A DNA stretch of 64,000 nt from the human T2T-CHM13v2.0 reference genome, Homo sapiens. This document shows positions 29,323-43,437 of the stretch, piece by piece. A model generated the notes under the pieces. It was not told the origin of the DNA, made no database searches, and was given only the letters and a program-made list of their open reading frames with translations. The translations under genes and the position numbers were made by a program. The stretch is taken from assembly GCF_009914755.1 (NCBI RefSeq), contig NC_060932.1. One strand, written 5' to 3'. The stretch's first letter is position 1, and every line of letters starts with the position of its first letter.

Positions 29323-29442
29323 TCAAGAGGGAGTTTTCGTAGGCATCCTCCATTTAACTGGTTCACAGGGCCCTATATTTATTTGATTCTGTGTGTGGTA
29401 CTGAGACCTGAAAACCATATTCTTCTCTAAAAGAGTAATTTT

Positions 29443-29781
<339 letters not shown>

Positions 29782-30074
29782 CTACCATTTCCTCTCAGGC
29801 TTTCCCATGCTATTTGGTCCTTATAACTGACTCACCTACACTTGTTTGTATTACAATTCCAACAACTTAGCAATCCCAGAAGGTGTCTCTGTGAGTCAGG
29901 TCATGATTATTATTTTAATCTAAGAAACAGAAGATTGTGCCTCAGGCAAAGTCCCACTCATCCCTCCACCCCACAAATAGAACCTACACAAAGCTGGGTC
30001 TGTTTGTAGCTCTTTCCACATTGGGTTGCTTGCTAAAGCATACTCAAATCCAACTTCGAAACAGTGGGGACCTT

Positions 30075-30880
30075 TTGTGACATAAACTGGCTAGCTCTTC
30101 ACCCCGCCTGATTCCTCTTCCTCCTGGCCACACAGGTAGATAAATTTCCCAGCCTCCCTTGCAACTAGGATTGGTCATGTGACTGTGTTCTGACAAATGA
30201 CATGCCAGTGGGTATGATGTGGGCCACTTCTGAGCCTAGACTATAAAAACATCCTGTATCCATCTCTACTCCCTTTCTCCTTCTCCTGGCTTGATGTAAG
30301 TGAGCTCTGCACTATCGGAAGGATGTGTTGAAGATGGGGAGGTGCCCAGTCCCTGAATCATCACTTGTAGGAGAGATGCCCACTAATTTAGAACAAATAT
30401 TTTGGACTCTACTATGATCTGAATTTGTCCCCCAAAATTCACATGTTGAAACTTAATGATCAATGTGATAAACAGGTGGGGACTTTAGGAGGTGATTAAA
30501 TCATGAGGGTTGTACCTGCATGAATGGGATTAGGCTCTCATAAAAGGGCTTGATAGAGTGAGTTCACTCTCTTCCACCCTCTCACCATGTAAGGACACAA
30601 CGTCTCCACTTCTGGAGGATGCTGCAATAAGGAACCATCTTGGAAACAGACAGCAGCCCTCGCCAGACACCAGTCCTGCCAGAATCTTGATCTGGGACCT
30701 CCCAGCTTCCAGAATTATGACGAATTTCTGTTCTTTATAAATTATCCAGTCTCGGGTATTTTGTTATAGCAGCATAAATCAACTAAGACAGACTCTATGT
30801 GAATAAGAAGTGAAATTCTATCATGACTGAGCCACGATACTTTTGTTGATGATAGTAGTCGGCATTACTTCATCTAAAAC
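30075..30880 (+). mobile_element. Old MLT1 LTR, host of a nested MST LTR
   Basis: atttcccagcctcccttgcaactagg...gtcatgtgactgtgttctg, resuming after 30795. Confidence 0.6.
30410..30790 (+). mobile_element. MST/MLT1A-type MaLR solo LTR
   Basis: tactatgatctgaatttgtcccccaaaattcac...ttgttatagcagcataaatcaactaagaca. Perfect 5-bp TSD gactc at 30405-30409 and 30791-30795. Confidence 0.85.
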
Positions 30881-32690
30881 ATTATAATGAGTGGTTTCCT
30901 GATGTGGCAGCACATCACACAGAAAACCTTCTTAAAATTCTTCAAACATCTTCTCATCTCCTTCCCAACCACTCCATCTCTATTCCCTCCTAAGAGTCTG
31001 CTTCCCACTCATGGATGTGCCTGCAACCACAATTCTTTGAGAAATATAATCCCACTCTTATTCTGACCCCTTTTCTTCTGAGAGGCTGCCATTATCTTTA
31101 CCCTGAAATGTGGGTAAATTTTAAAGCCTTCATCTGAACACAGAAAGTTTGCTTTAATAGGTTAAACATGTTCTCCAACAATTTTCTCTAGACTCAATAA
31201 AAGTAAACTTCATCCTATTCCAGGCTAACTGAACAGATGATTTTTTGAAATTCCAAAGTAATCTAATATAATTAAAATAATGTGGTATTGTTGTACAATG
31301 ATTATTACAAAAGCATTATTTGTTCATCAGGGTAAGAGAGACTCTGCCATAGGAGACAGCCAGTCCCCCTCAAATCTCAGTGATGTGACCCAGCTGTATG
31401 CACACAGTCTGTTTCAGGTCCCAGAGACTCTAGGGCACTTGTACTCCATGGGGTAGCTCAGAGATCCAGGCTGCTTTGGCCTTGGGGCACCATCATGTCA
31501 ACATGTACTTCCACAGCAGAGGGAGAAAACACTGTAGGCTTTCACACAAGCTGGGCCATTCAATGCTCTGGCCCATATGCAAGTTGCCACCTCAGATCAC
31601 AGCTCATTGCCCAGAGCAAGCCACGTGGTTCCTCCAAACTTAAGAGGGGCCAGGGAAATGTCATCCTTCCATATGCCCAGAAGGGACTGAGAGCTGGATT
31701 TGGGCGATCAAGATGCACTAGAAGACTCTAGCTTTGACATCTTTTATTTTTGTTTCTTAATATTTATACCTTAAACTTCTGGGAAGTCTAAATTTTTCTC
31801 AAAAATAATCTTGTGTTTGAAACTGTTTTTTTTTTTTTTTTTTTGCTAAGTGATTTGGACTTTTTCTTTCTAGCCCCAGCTAATTAGAATGAATGTAATG
31901 TAAGGAAACATGTTCCTTTAATATAAACAAGAGCAAAGGAAATTAGAACCCTAAGAGAGGACCGCTCCTTCTCTCAGGAGACACACTCCACTGGGCAGGC
32001 CTGGAGGCCAGTGCAGGTGGGAGAGGGTCAGGAGAGGAGGTGCTTCCAGCATTGTGTTCCCCACCCCTCCTCTTTCCAAGTCACAGAGCTTTCTACCACG
32101 ATAAAAATACCTAGAGCCTCCGTCATTTTAGCAAGATTTAATTAAACTGCCCTAAATTAGAAAATCTAGTCATTGTTTGCATTCCTAGATGCCTATGTTT
32201 AGTTGAGTCACACGTAAGCAGAGAAATGAAAAATTAGCTTAATTTTTTGGCTGCAGGGAAGGGTGTGAATTAGCTTTTTGTCACTCGTGGGGAACATCTT
32301 GTGTCTTCCCTCAGCTGGGTTTCTCTGATGGGATTGCTTCTTCCCACCCTCCCGAAGGTCTCTAAGGACAAGCTGCAGCTTGGCTTTGTCCTGGGGGAAT
32401 CCTCCAGAGCCCACAGACAGACCAGCCAGATGGCAGAATCCAGGGGACTCCTCCTGAGAACAGCTGTGACCCTTCCAGGCTTCTGAGTAACTGACAGCTG
32501 CTCCCAGGTGGGCCTAGAATGGAAAGGGGGGCTTCTCACATGTGGGCTCAGAGCAGAGCTGAGTGCTGGGGAGGTGTTCAGGAACCTCTTGTCTTGAAAA
32601 AATGACTCAGGGAAACTTCCAGAATCCCAGGGGTGGGGGAGTGGAAGGCTGTAGAGAAGCAGTGAATGCAATGTTTAAGAACATAGTTTT

Positions 32691-33049
<359 letters not shown>

Positions 33050-33357
33050 CTATCATTGGTGAGTTCTGTAACTGTGAACACGGTACTCAACCTTTCTGTG
33101 CCTGTTTCCCCCTCAGATCATCCTAGCACATGCCCCACCATGTTGTTGTGATGATTAACCTAGTTACTAGACGTTAATCCTTATAACAGTGCCTGGCTTA
33201 CAGTAAGTGCCCAATAAATGCTAGCTTTTGTTATTATTACAAAGAGGCCGTCCCAGCCAAGCACCTGCCTATCTCTGGGAACTTCCACCTGCTTTCCTGT
33301 GGCAGCCCCCCAGGCATTCTCCTTCCAGAACGCCTCGCTGTTCAAGTAGTGGAGAGT

Positions 33358-33674
<317 letters not shown>

Positions 33675-34540
33675 TGATTTTATTTTGGTCCAGAAAACTG
33701 ATCACTTTGATGGACCAATCTGCAGGCAATGCCTGATCTGTGGGTAGGGAGAGCTACAAGCAGCGTGGTATCTCAGAAGCTATCCAGGATTTGAGTCCAG
33801 CAACAAAGCTGTCATGGGGAATAGCCTAGAGCTGGAGAATCTTTCAGAAAACCCAGAGCCAACTCAGGCCCTGGAAGTAACCATGGAAACAGGAGCCCAC
33901 AGAGGCATCCAGGGTGTGGGATAGGTACGTGGGTGGATGGATGGATGGATCGATGGGCAGCGGATGGGTAGGTGGGTGGGCAGGTGTCACTTTCACAGCA
34001 GAAGGGCGAGGGCTGGGGCAGCAGCTGTGAGCACCTCTGAACTGAGGGAGGTTTGGGAGCTTGGAATGTGTCCTAGGGTAGACAGCTGGGCATGATAAAG
34101 ACAAACAGACCAGGACAGAAAGGGATCTTACCCTGAGAGATTTCTCACAACTTCCCAGCCTAGGGAAGGAGTAGAGGTCAAGGGAGGAGGAGCGGGGTGG
34201 GTTTTTGGAGCAGGGTCCTTGAGCTTCCACTCCATATCTAGGTGAATTCTGCCCCATCTAGACTCTTACATGTTATAGCTCCCCCTGCCCTCTCCCTCCC
34301 ATCTATACCAGCCAGGCTTTTCCAAGCCCTCTGTGCTCCACTCTGCCACAACCTGCAGACAAAGACATGCAGTCAGTGCATTTAGAGCAGTAGCTTCCAA
34401 GCACCTCCCACCACCCTTGGTGCCTGCATGGTGTTGTGTGCAGCACTGTGCTGGGACTGCAGCATCCTGCCACCAACGGCATGTATGTCCTGGCTCTGTA
34501 GCTTCCAAGTCTGGCTTCTGGCCCCAGGAGTCTGTGATCT

Positions 34541-34833
34541 GGCTAGGTACGGTGGCTCACGCCTGAAATCCCAGCACTTTGGGGGGCCGAAGCAGGAGGA
34601 TCACTTGAGGCCAGGAGTTCGAGACCAGCCTGGCCAACATGGTGAAACCCCGTCTCTACGAAAAATAAAAAAATTAGCTGGGCGTGGTGGTGGGCACATA
34701 TAATCCCACCTACTTGGGAAGCTGAGGCAGGATAATCGCTTGAACCCAGGAGGTAGAGGTTGGAATGAGCTGAGAGCACCCCACTGCACTCTAGTGTGGG
34801 CAACAGAGCGAGACTCCATCTCAAAAAAAAAAA
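34541..34833 (+). mobile_element. Alu (J/S)
   Basis: Perfect 13-bp TSD gagtctgtgatct at 34528-34540 and 34834-34846. Confidence 0.93.
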
Positions 34834-35514
34834 GAGTCTGTGATCTACCTAAAATCCCTCACTACATTCTTCTGCCCAAACCCCTCCAGCTTCAGTGGGA
34901 ACGTGGAATGGCACCCTTCTAAAATGCAGTGCGGATAAGTTCACAGTGGAAGACTTTATTCTGAGAAAAGGAAAACAAAGTCCTATTGAAGACTAAGAGA
35001 ACATTTCTCAGTGCCAACCAGGACTCCTAGAGAGCCTGGGCATCCTGGGCTGCATCCTGGACCTGGAGTGAGGTCCTTCCAGCCAAGGATAGCAATGAGG
35101 ACTTTCCTGTGCCCCCTGTCTCCACCTTGGGAGAAATGGATGCAGGATGTCTACCAGCTTCTGCTCATCCATCAGCAGCAGAGAATGCCAGGGACCCCAG
35201 TTTCTATGATCTGCTTCTTCCTATAATCTCGACACCCTGTGGTTTTATATGATTGAGTTCTGGCCAGGGGCTGTGCAGAGGTGAAGTCTGCCACTTTCAG
35301 ACCTGGCCTCGAAAGCATCTTTGTGTCATTGTCCATGCTCTGTCTCTTCCCTTATCGCTCAACTTAATACAGAGGATGCCGGGAAAGGATTCTGGGGCCC
35401 TGGGAGCTGGCAGAGATCTAGATGGAAGGATACTGATCTTGGAATCACCATGTGGGGAAGACGCTTTCCAAACACCCAACTGGACCATAACACAAGCAAG
35501 AAATCATTGTTTTC

Positions 35515-36025
35515 TAGTTGCCCTCCCCCTTGTCCGAGGTTCTACTTTCTTTGGTCTCATTTACCTGAAGTCTGAAAGTATTTGATGAAAAATTGTGGAA
35601 ATAATTAATAAATGTTAAATTGTGTGCTTTTCTGAGTAGCATGGTGAAATCTCTTGCTGTCCCATCCAGGACAGCAATCCTCCCTTTGTCTGGCGAATCC
35701 ATGCTACAGGTGCTCCCCACCCCTTAGTCACTTAGCAGCCACACTGGTTATCAGATCAACTGTCTCAGGGCCACAGTGATGTCCAAGTCACCCTTTTTGT
35801 AATAATGGCCCTAAAGCACAAGAGTGGTGACATTGACATATTGTTATAATTGTTCTATTCTATTATTAGTTATTGTTCATCTCTTACTGTGTCTAATTTA
35901 TGAATTAAACTTTATCATAGGTATGTGTGTATAGAAAAAAATTTCTAGGATTGGTACTATCTGTAGTTTCAGGCACCCACTGGGGGACTTGGAATGTATC
36001 CCCTGCAGATAAGGGGGGAATGCTG
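35515..36025 (+). mobile_element. MER44B-like (Tigger7-derived) DNA transposon inside an MLT1 LTR (about 35170-36090)
   Basis: Terminal inverted repeats ...cccccttgtccg / cagataaggggggaatgctg followed by TA. Internal ttctgagtagcatggtgaaatctc and ttagtcacttagcagcc...ggttatcagatc. Confidence 0.85.
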
Positions 36026-36279
36026 TATTATGTTAAGTCCCTGGGATTTGGGGGTTGTTTGTTACAGCAATTAGCCTACCCTAATTGGTCCTGCACCTAC
36101 TTGAGACAGTTAAGAGGGCAGATTTGGATACCACAGAGACATGTTTGAGACTAAACACCCCACTTAATGGGCATCATTAAATGAGGTAATAATAGTACCC
36201 AAGTGAGGGCAAGAGGCAAGCAGAGAGCTTGGCACAGGGCCGACGCATCACAAGCACTCAGCAATTGGCACTCGTCATG

Positions 36280-36480
36280 GCTAACATTTTCAGCACTTGC
36301 TATGTGTCAGGCCTTGGTATATAGCTCTTTAATGCATCTTTTAATTCTCACAGTAATCTTATGAGTGTGGGACTCTCATAGGTTTCAAGATGAGGAAAAT
36401 GAGGCATAGAGAGAGTAAATGTTTCACCCAAGGATTCATGGCTAAGGGCAGGACTGGGACAGCTAGCTTCATGGTGCGGG
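36280..36480 (-). mobile_element. MIR SINE
   Basis: gctaacatttt...tatgtgtcaggc...agatgaggaaaatgaggcatagagag. Confidence 0.7.
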
Positions 36481-36953
36481 GCTGGCTCTTCATTTTCTCT
36501 GCCATCTTCATCTTCCGTAGTCACCTGTTGTGGTGGGTGGTAGTTGAGGCTCCTCCACTCCCTGAACGCACCGGAGGGCCTCAGGGTGAATTGTTCTGAT
36601 CTGGGCATTCCACTGGTCCCAGAAGGTAGGGCCAGTGAGAGGGGATGGGGGCTTCAGTTCAGCTGTCAGCCTCCCACAGAAAGTTCAGGAGAGGAGAGAC
36701 AGCTGACTGCATAGGATATGCCTGAGGCCAAGGGAGAGGGAGCTTCTGGGTCCCTGGGCCTCAACTTCTGCACAGTGGTCTTCAGGAGGACCTAGGGTAG
36801 AGGGGAAAGATGGCCAGACCCCTGAGGCTGAGAGGGGCCCTGGAGGGAGGTGGTTGCCCCTACCCTTGCAGCCATGTTGTCCTCTTGTTCATTTCCTTTG
36901 TGGTGACTCTAAGTTTAAATTTAATCAAACTTCTCTTAATTATTCCAACCTTG

Positions 36954-37261
<308 letters not shown>

Positions 37262-38287
37262 TTAATTATTCCAGTCTTGTCTCAGGATGTCCTGAGGAAT
37301 TCAGTGGAGGGCCCCCAAGGGAGCAGTGCCTAGTGGGGCTGGTGAAGAGCCCTCCAAGGATAAGGAACTTGGAGCAGGAGGCATCAGAGGAGGGAACTTG
37401 AGGGCTCCAACCCCACAGGTGTGGGCCCTGTGCAGGCCAGACTGGAGGATCTGGGCCCCTTTTCATTAAAGGACTCTTAGAGAAGCTCTTCAGACACAAC
37501 CACACCCTTCTCTGCCTCATCGCTGGCCTCCAGGGAGCACACAGGGATGGAAGGGCTGTAGTCAAATGGGGGAGTGGCCTCTGCAGATAAAGCCAAATGG
37601 CCCAGGCAAGGACTCACCTATAAAACAAATTCAGTCCAGCATCCAGGAACAATGCAAAAGCCATATAAACATTTACTGTTGCCTCCTGAGAAAACACTTC
37701 ATGAGGAATTGCATTTGTAACGTGCAGCAAAACTTCTAAAATCCTTTGTTCTCCAATTTTCCTCTCAATCTCTCCCCTCCCCCCACTCCAACTTCACTGG
37801 GGCCTAGACCTGGCTTCCCTCATTCCAGGGTCTCGCTCTCCTGCCTCCCTCATCTCCAGGCCTGCCTCCATCCCCAGCAACGCCCCTGCGCCCTTGCTAC
37901 TGTAAAGCCACCCAGACAGGCTGGCTAGCTCCCTTGTCCTCCGTCCCCATTTCCACCATCAACATCAAAACGGCTCAAGAGGGGATCCTCTTCCAAGGAG
38001 GAGGAGAAACTGTGACAGATCCTAATCTCAAATTGTTTCCAAGGTAAAGAATTCTGGGAGGAGCAGGCACAGGAAACCGTCTGGGAGTCTGGCATGGAGG
38101 GAGGCGACGACAAAGGCACTCAGCCCTCACAGTGCTCCCACCGCAGGCAGGCCCTGCCCTAAGACCTGGGGCAGTGGGTGGGTGTCTGCCAAACCGAGTG
38201 AGACGCAGACCCCATCCCTGATACTGACCGCCGGGTGCAGACTCATGGACACACAGCTCTCGATCCGCACCCCCAAAGTCAGGCTGC

Positions 38288-38468
38288 TCAGGGGCTCAAC
38301 CTTGGCTCCACCCTGGAATCATTTAGGAGCTTAAGAAATGCCGATTTGCCCTCACCAGAGACTCTGATCTAATTGGCCTGGTGTGAGGCCCAAGGCATCT
38401 AGGAGGATTGGCTAAATTAAAATCTCCCCAGGTGATTCGAATATGCAGCTAGGACTGAGATCTACTAA
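38288..38468. mobile_element. MER5A (hAT-Charlie MITE)
   Basis: ctcaaccttggct...gaatcatttaggagctt...ctctgatctaattggcctgg...ctccccaggtgattcgaatatgcagc. Confidence 0.7.
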
Positions 38469-38634
38469 GCTGATCAGTTGCTCAGGAGAGCACCCCAGAG
38501 CCTGGGGGCTCCAGACCACAGCTCCAAGCACAGTGACTCCCTCCCCATCCAGTTCCCTTCTTGATGCATCAGGAGGAAGGAGTTGGGGCCAAGACTCTGG
38601 CAGGCACAGAATAACTTAACATAGCAGCTGGGGC

Positions 38635-39070
38635 CTCATTCATTCGTCATCCAATCCTGTATTCAATAACTATTTAATATACGTGTCGTGAAGGCACAAG
38701 AGAAACTGACCAAAGGCTCCAGTTTAGACTGGGGAGTCAGGCCTCTCTGAGGAGGTGATATTTAAATCACCTGAGTGGCAAGAAGGGGCCTGCCCCGTGA
38801 ACCGCCATGCCAAGCAGGGAGTGTGGTAGTGCAGAGGCCCTGCACTGGGAGCAAAGCGGGCATGCGGCTGGAGCACAGCTGGTGGAGAAGAGAGCAGTGA
38901 GCCGAAGTTTGGGAGGTGGGCAGAGTGTATCATAGGGGGTCTTGGAGCTGTGGTTAGGAGATGGTTTTCATTCTCAGTGCAATGGGAAGTCCCTGGAAGG
39001 CTTTCAGGAGGGAATGACATGACCTCGTTTGTGTTTTTAAAAGACATTCTGGCTGCTGTGGGGAGGATGG
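38635..39070 (-). mobile_element. L2 LINE fragment
   Basis: cattcattc...ggcctctctgaggaggtgatattt...tttaaaagacattctggctgctgtg. Confidence 0.75.
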
Positions 39071-40817
39071 CTGGTGGGGAGCAGGATGGACACAGGTGAA
39101 CTGTCCAGTCCTTCAGGGCGGAAAGCACCTCTGTGCTGAAACACCAGGGGGAAGGTCAAGGACCCAACTGTTCCTCACAGTGGGGAATGTAGGTCAGGCA
39201 GCTCCCTCAGCCAAGCTGCCAGTGCAGCCCCCTCGCCTGTCAGGGGGAGAAAAGCTGAGTCTGAGATGTGTGGGCTCAGCTGAGAGATCATCATTGGCAG
39301 TGAAGGCAGAGATAACAGTCGGCCAGGTGCAAGGATCTGGGCCACTGACTAAGGTCTCTTCATCCCCCTTCCCAGGGTGCCTCTCCCTGCACACCTGTAC
39401 CCCCTCACCATCTTCCCAGCAGGCCAGCCAGGCCAGCCCAGAGGCAGGCCTCAACCTGCGCCTGGAGCAGTGGCTGTATTTTAAGATCAGGGCTCAGACC
39501 TCTAAATAAACCATAAACAAAGCCAGCTTCCCCGGTATGGAAGGAGGGAGATGGCTCCATTTCTTTTCAGCACGGTGACTGGGAAATAAATAAGTGGCTC
39601 TGCCTGTCACATACACTTAACCTCTGCAAAGGCATCTGTCAGACCCACAGAGCTTCTGTCTCAGCCTTTCCAATAAATAACTGATGTGCCCCACATTGGG
39701 CTTCTCCCTGCAGGCTCCAAGTTCACTCTGCCATTCAAGGAAAGGTGAGCAGGGGGGCTTGTCCCTGACCCCAAACTCACAGAAAGAGCTATCAAAGGGC
39801 AGGCTTAGACACAGGGCCCTAGTGTAGCTGGAAGCATGTTGGCACAGCTCTCTCAGCTGGGGAAGGGGACAAGGGGGAGGGAGAGAGGGAGGAAGGTAGG
39901 AGGTCGGGTTGTTGGCAAGAGCAGGGGCAGAGCTGAGAGGGGCAAGGAGTGGCCTCTGTTAGAGAGATGGGAGGGTGAGAGCCCCAGGGGCCCAGGCAGA
40001 GCCTGGTCTGCAGGTGGGGTGGCCGTGGGTGTGGAAGAAACAAAGAAAAACAGAAGGCAGAGGGCTCTCTCTCCATGGGTGAAATCTCCCACGACCACAG
40101 AGGATGAAGGAGAAAGAACAACAGACAGGAACAGAAGGAGGCGGGCAGATACATGAAGCAGGGGAGGGAGGAAAGCCCTGGAGGAATCAAACTCAAGTAT
40201 GTGTAGAAGGAAGGACCCTCCAAATGCAGCAGAAAAAGGTGATTTATGCACTGAGCTGAACCAGAATAGCCAGGAGCCAAGGCCAAGGGAATGGGAGCGG
40301 CTGGGAATGGCGACATGTGGCAGAAGCCACAGAAGGGGGCTGTGAGCTCTGGAGGGGCCGGAAGGCAGGCAGCTCGTAGTGAAAGGATAGGGGTGAGAGC
40401 TAGGGAGAGCCACAGGGCCCATGAAGGCTGTCCCGTAGGTGCTGCTGCTCAGGCCCCTGCAGCAGAGACACCTTGCAGCCACCATCACCCCGCCGAAGGT
40501 GTGGAAGGGGGGATTGGAAAAGGGTGAAAGAGGCACTGACACAGGGATTATAAATGCACTGAAGCACACACCCCCTCAGCAAGGGTGGCACTCTCTCCAC
40601 AGCACCCCCATGGGGATGAAGGAGATCCAGGGGCTCCCAGACTGCAGCCAGGTGTGTGGGAGCCACAGACCTCCAATGATGGACCCAGCAGACCTAGATA
40701 GAGGCTGCTGTCCACACACAGACCCTGAAAGAAAGGGAGATGAAGACAAGGATAACCAAGATCAGATTTTTCTCCGTCTCTCCCTCTCAGACACACACAC
40801 ACACACACACAAACACA

Positions 40818-40919
40818 CTGGGAAATAAAGGGTGGCTTGTGTGTGTTTGAGGGTAGGGCAGAATGGAGGACTGGATTCCTCTTTTAGGGACCTGAAGAAA
40901 AGTTTCCCAAAGCCTGGGG
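40818..40919. repeat. Inverted duplicate of promoter segment 42056-42162
   Basis: Aligns over about 100 bp to the reverse complement of 42056-42162, including 28 identical bp cttttagggacctgaagaaaagtttccc. Confidence 0.92.
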
Positions 40920-42397
40920 AAAGGTCATACACAAGAAAGAGGAAGTGTGTGTGGCCCTCACTACCCTACTATCCCTCTCCCATGTGGCTGCCTCTGTGGA
41001 ATCCACCACATTTGCAGAGGCCTGCAGGGGCATGGGTGTGAAGCCCTCTCAGCAGGAAACACACCTGCATTCACACCCACACACATGTCCAGAAGCCAGT
41101 GGGTCACAGGGATGGGTCAGACTTGGATGCAGGAGCCCCCATTCGAAGCCAGATTAACGGTCCTCTACAGGTCCTCCAAGGAGGCCCCAAGCCCTCCAGA
41201 GCTACACAGAGCACCTTTTCAGCTGGGACGGCATTGCCAGGATTGCGTAAAGAAAGAATGTACTTCCCACTGTGGCAGTGGTGGTTGCACCATGAATCCA
41301 GAGCCACCCTGCAAGGGCATTCCCAGGACTTCTGACCGAGACATGTAGACGCTAGCTCCCTGCTAAGCTCACACAACCACGGTGCTCCAGTCTTTGCAAG
41401 TGGACACCACAGAGAAACACCAAAGGGAGGGGGCTCCCCAGGGACTGGGTCCATTTCTCAGCTCAGCCCAGTAGGCAGGGCCTTAAGGACAATCCCAGCA
41501 GACCAAGAGCTCAGATCTGGGCCACGAGTCTTCTTAGGAATAGGGACACAGATCCTGAGCACATCTACCAGTCCCCACTCCAGCTTGAACCCCCCAGTCC
41601 CCACTGTCGGCAAGCACACCGCTCTCAACATATTCCACACACATGAGCCCGTCACAGTCCCAAGAGTACTACACTGTACACAGCACATGTACACACAGCA
41701 CACGGTTCCCCATGCCACACACTGCGCTGACACACGTCCCAGGTCCCCCCTGTGCCGACGCATCTTCCCATCCGACAGAGGACCCATTTTAATGAACGCG
41801 GTACACACAGACACTGAAAAGTCCTGCTGTCCTCAGCCTACATACACACACAGCGCCCTGCAGTCCCGCACAGCCAGCACACCACACCGGCCTGGACACA
41901 AACTGTGCCCACACAGAGCTCCCGACCAGAACTCAGCGACTCCCGCCCCCGCCGTGCGGCCTGCGCTCCCGCCCCCCGCGTACTAAGCCGATCTCCACCT
42001 TGGACTTCCCGGCCCCCTCTTTTCCCCTCCAGCTCCTGTTCCCCAACAACCCCACCCCCGAGCTTCGGGAAACTTTTCTTCAGGTCCCTAAAAGGGGACA
42101 CCTGGAGTTCCTCCGGTCCCGCCCTGTCCCCGGACACGCGCAAGCCGCCCTTTATTTCCCAGCCCAGCTCCCGCCAGACCCAGCGGGGAAAGGTCACCGT
42201 AGGCAGCCCCCTGCCTGCGCCCTGGGGGTGGTGATAATAACAGCTGTCACCGGGGGATGGTCGGGGGGAAGGGAGAGGTGTCGGCCCCGCGCCGAGCCGG
42301 GGGCGCAAGGTGGTCGCGGTGACGCGCCGGGGAAGCGCAGAGAAGCAGCGGCGGCGGCGGCTGCGCCTTCCGAGCCCGGGCGGCGGCCGAGGCACGC

Positions 42398-42419
42398 GGA
42401 GCTGTCCGTTCAGCACCAC
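42398..42419. promoter_or_regulatory. Candidate non-canonical RE1/REST element (inverted right half-site next to a left half-site)
   Basis: GGAGCTGTCCG (reverse complement CGGACAGCTCC) immediately followed by TTCAGCACCAC. Confidence 0.45.
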
Positions 42420-42499
42420 CGCGCCGCGCCCCGCGCAGGGCGGGCGCCCCGTCACACCCGCTCTGCTCCCGCCCCGGCTCACGGGGCGAATGCGGCGCG

Positions 42500-42787
42500 G
42501 GCTCCTGCCTCTCTGGGTGGGTGAGGGGCGCGCGGATCCGGAGAGGGGGCTCCGGGAGCGGCGGGACCACGCAGCCACCTGTGAGCCTTCGGCAGCTGCG
42601 GGCGGCGGCGGCGTACCCGGCCCGAGACGGGAGGAGACGCTCGGCGGCCCCCGCCCGCCGGCCCGCCGGGCGCACACACTCGCACCCGCGCACGCACCGC
42701 CAGCAGGCAGCGGCCACCGCCGCGATGCTCGCCCGCGGGTTGGGGAAGTTTCCCGCCGGCCTCGGCCGCGGGCACCCGTGCTCCCAG
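42500..42787 (+). other. KCNS2: KCNS2 non-coding exon 1 (5' end uncertain)
   Basis: Near-consensus donor CAG|GTAAGC at 42787/42788 inside the CpG island, paired with the acceptor ttccctccgcttccAG| at 43395 (608-nt intron). The TSS cannot be read from sequence. Confidence 0.7.
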
Positions 42788-43437
42788 GTAAGCGCTTCCA
42801 GAACGCGCAGGGCGAGCCCGGGCAGCCCCGCTGGGTGAGGCGCAGCGCACGCGGCCCCGGGGCATAGCGCCAGGCCGGCAGGGAGACCTGGGCCGGGGAC
42901 GCGGGGGCTGCAGGCGTGGGATCTGGACCCAGGGGAGGCCGGGCCGCCCCCCTCATTCCCGCGGCCCGGGTTTCCAGACTCCAGCGCATCCCCCCCACCC
43001 CACCAAAGCTACGCGCCCCCCGTGTCGGCCCGGCCCTGCCCGTGCGTATCTCAGCTCCGGTCCCGCCTGTCTGCGGCGAGCGGGCGGGGGCGTCTCCCGG
43101 GCCTGCCCATGGACAAGGTCAGCATGCAGCCCCCTGGGCGCTCAGAGCCGCGGGGACGCGACCCCGCACGCGCAAAGCGCCCACCGAGACCCCTGGGGTG
43201 GAGCTGTGCTAATAGAAACATACCCACCCCCAGCCTTTCCTGGGAGGGGATCAGACCCCTCAAACTCTTGCCCCAGCCCAGCCCTTCAGCACCCAAGACC
43301 CACCAGGAGGCCTGGGCCCGCCAGTAATGGGTAGGGAGAGGGGGCCCCGCCAGGGCGCACGGCGCTCTCGCCGACGCTGTTCCCTCCGCTTCCAGGTGTA
43401 GCGCCCCCGCGCGGCGCGGGCGGCCGGCGCCTCCAGC

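Noticed and set aside
39819-40569. 165-aa and 238-aa minus-strand ORFs
   Set aside because: Products of a purine-rich + strand; compositionally biased with no homology I can recognise.
41838-42998. 386-aa minus-strand ORF and overlapping 100-185-aa ORFs
   Set aside because: They lie in the CpG island where stop codons are scarce; the products are low-complexity Arg/Pro/Gly/Ala with no domain.
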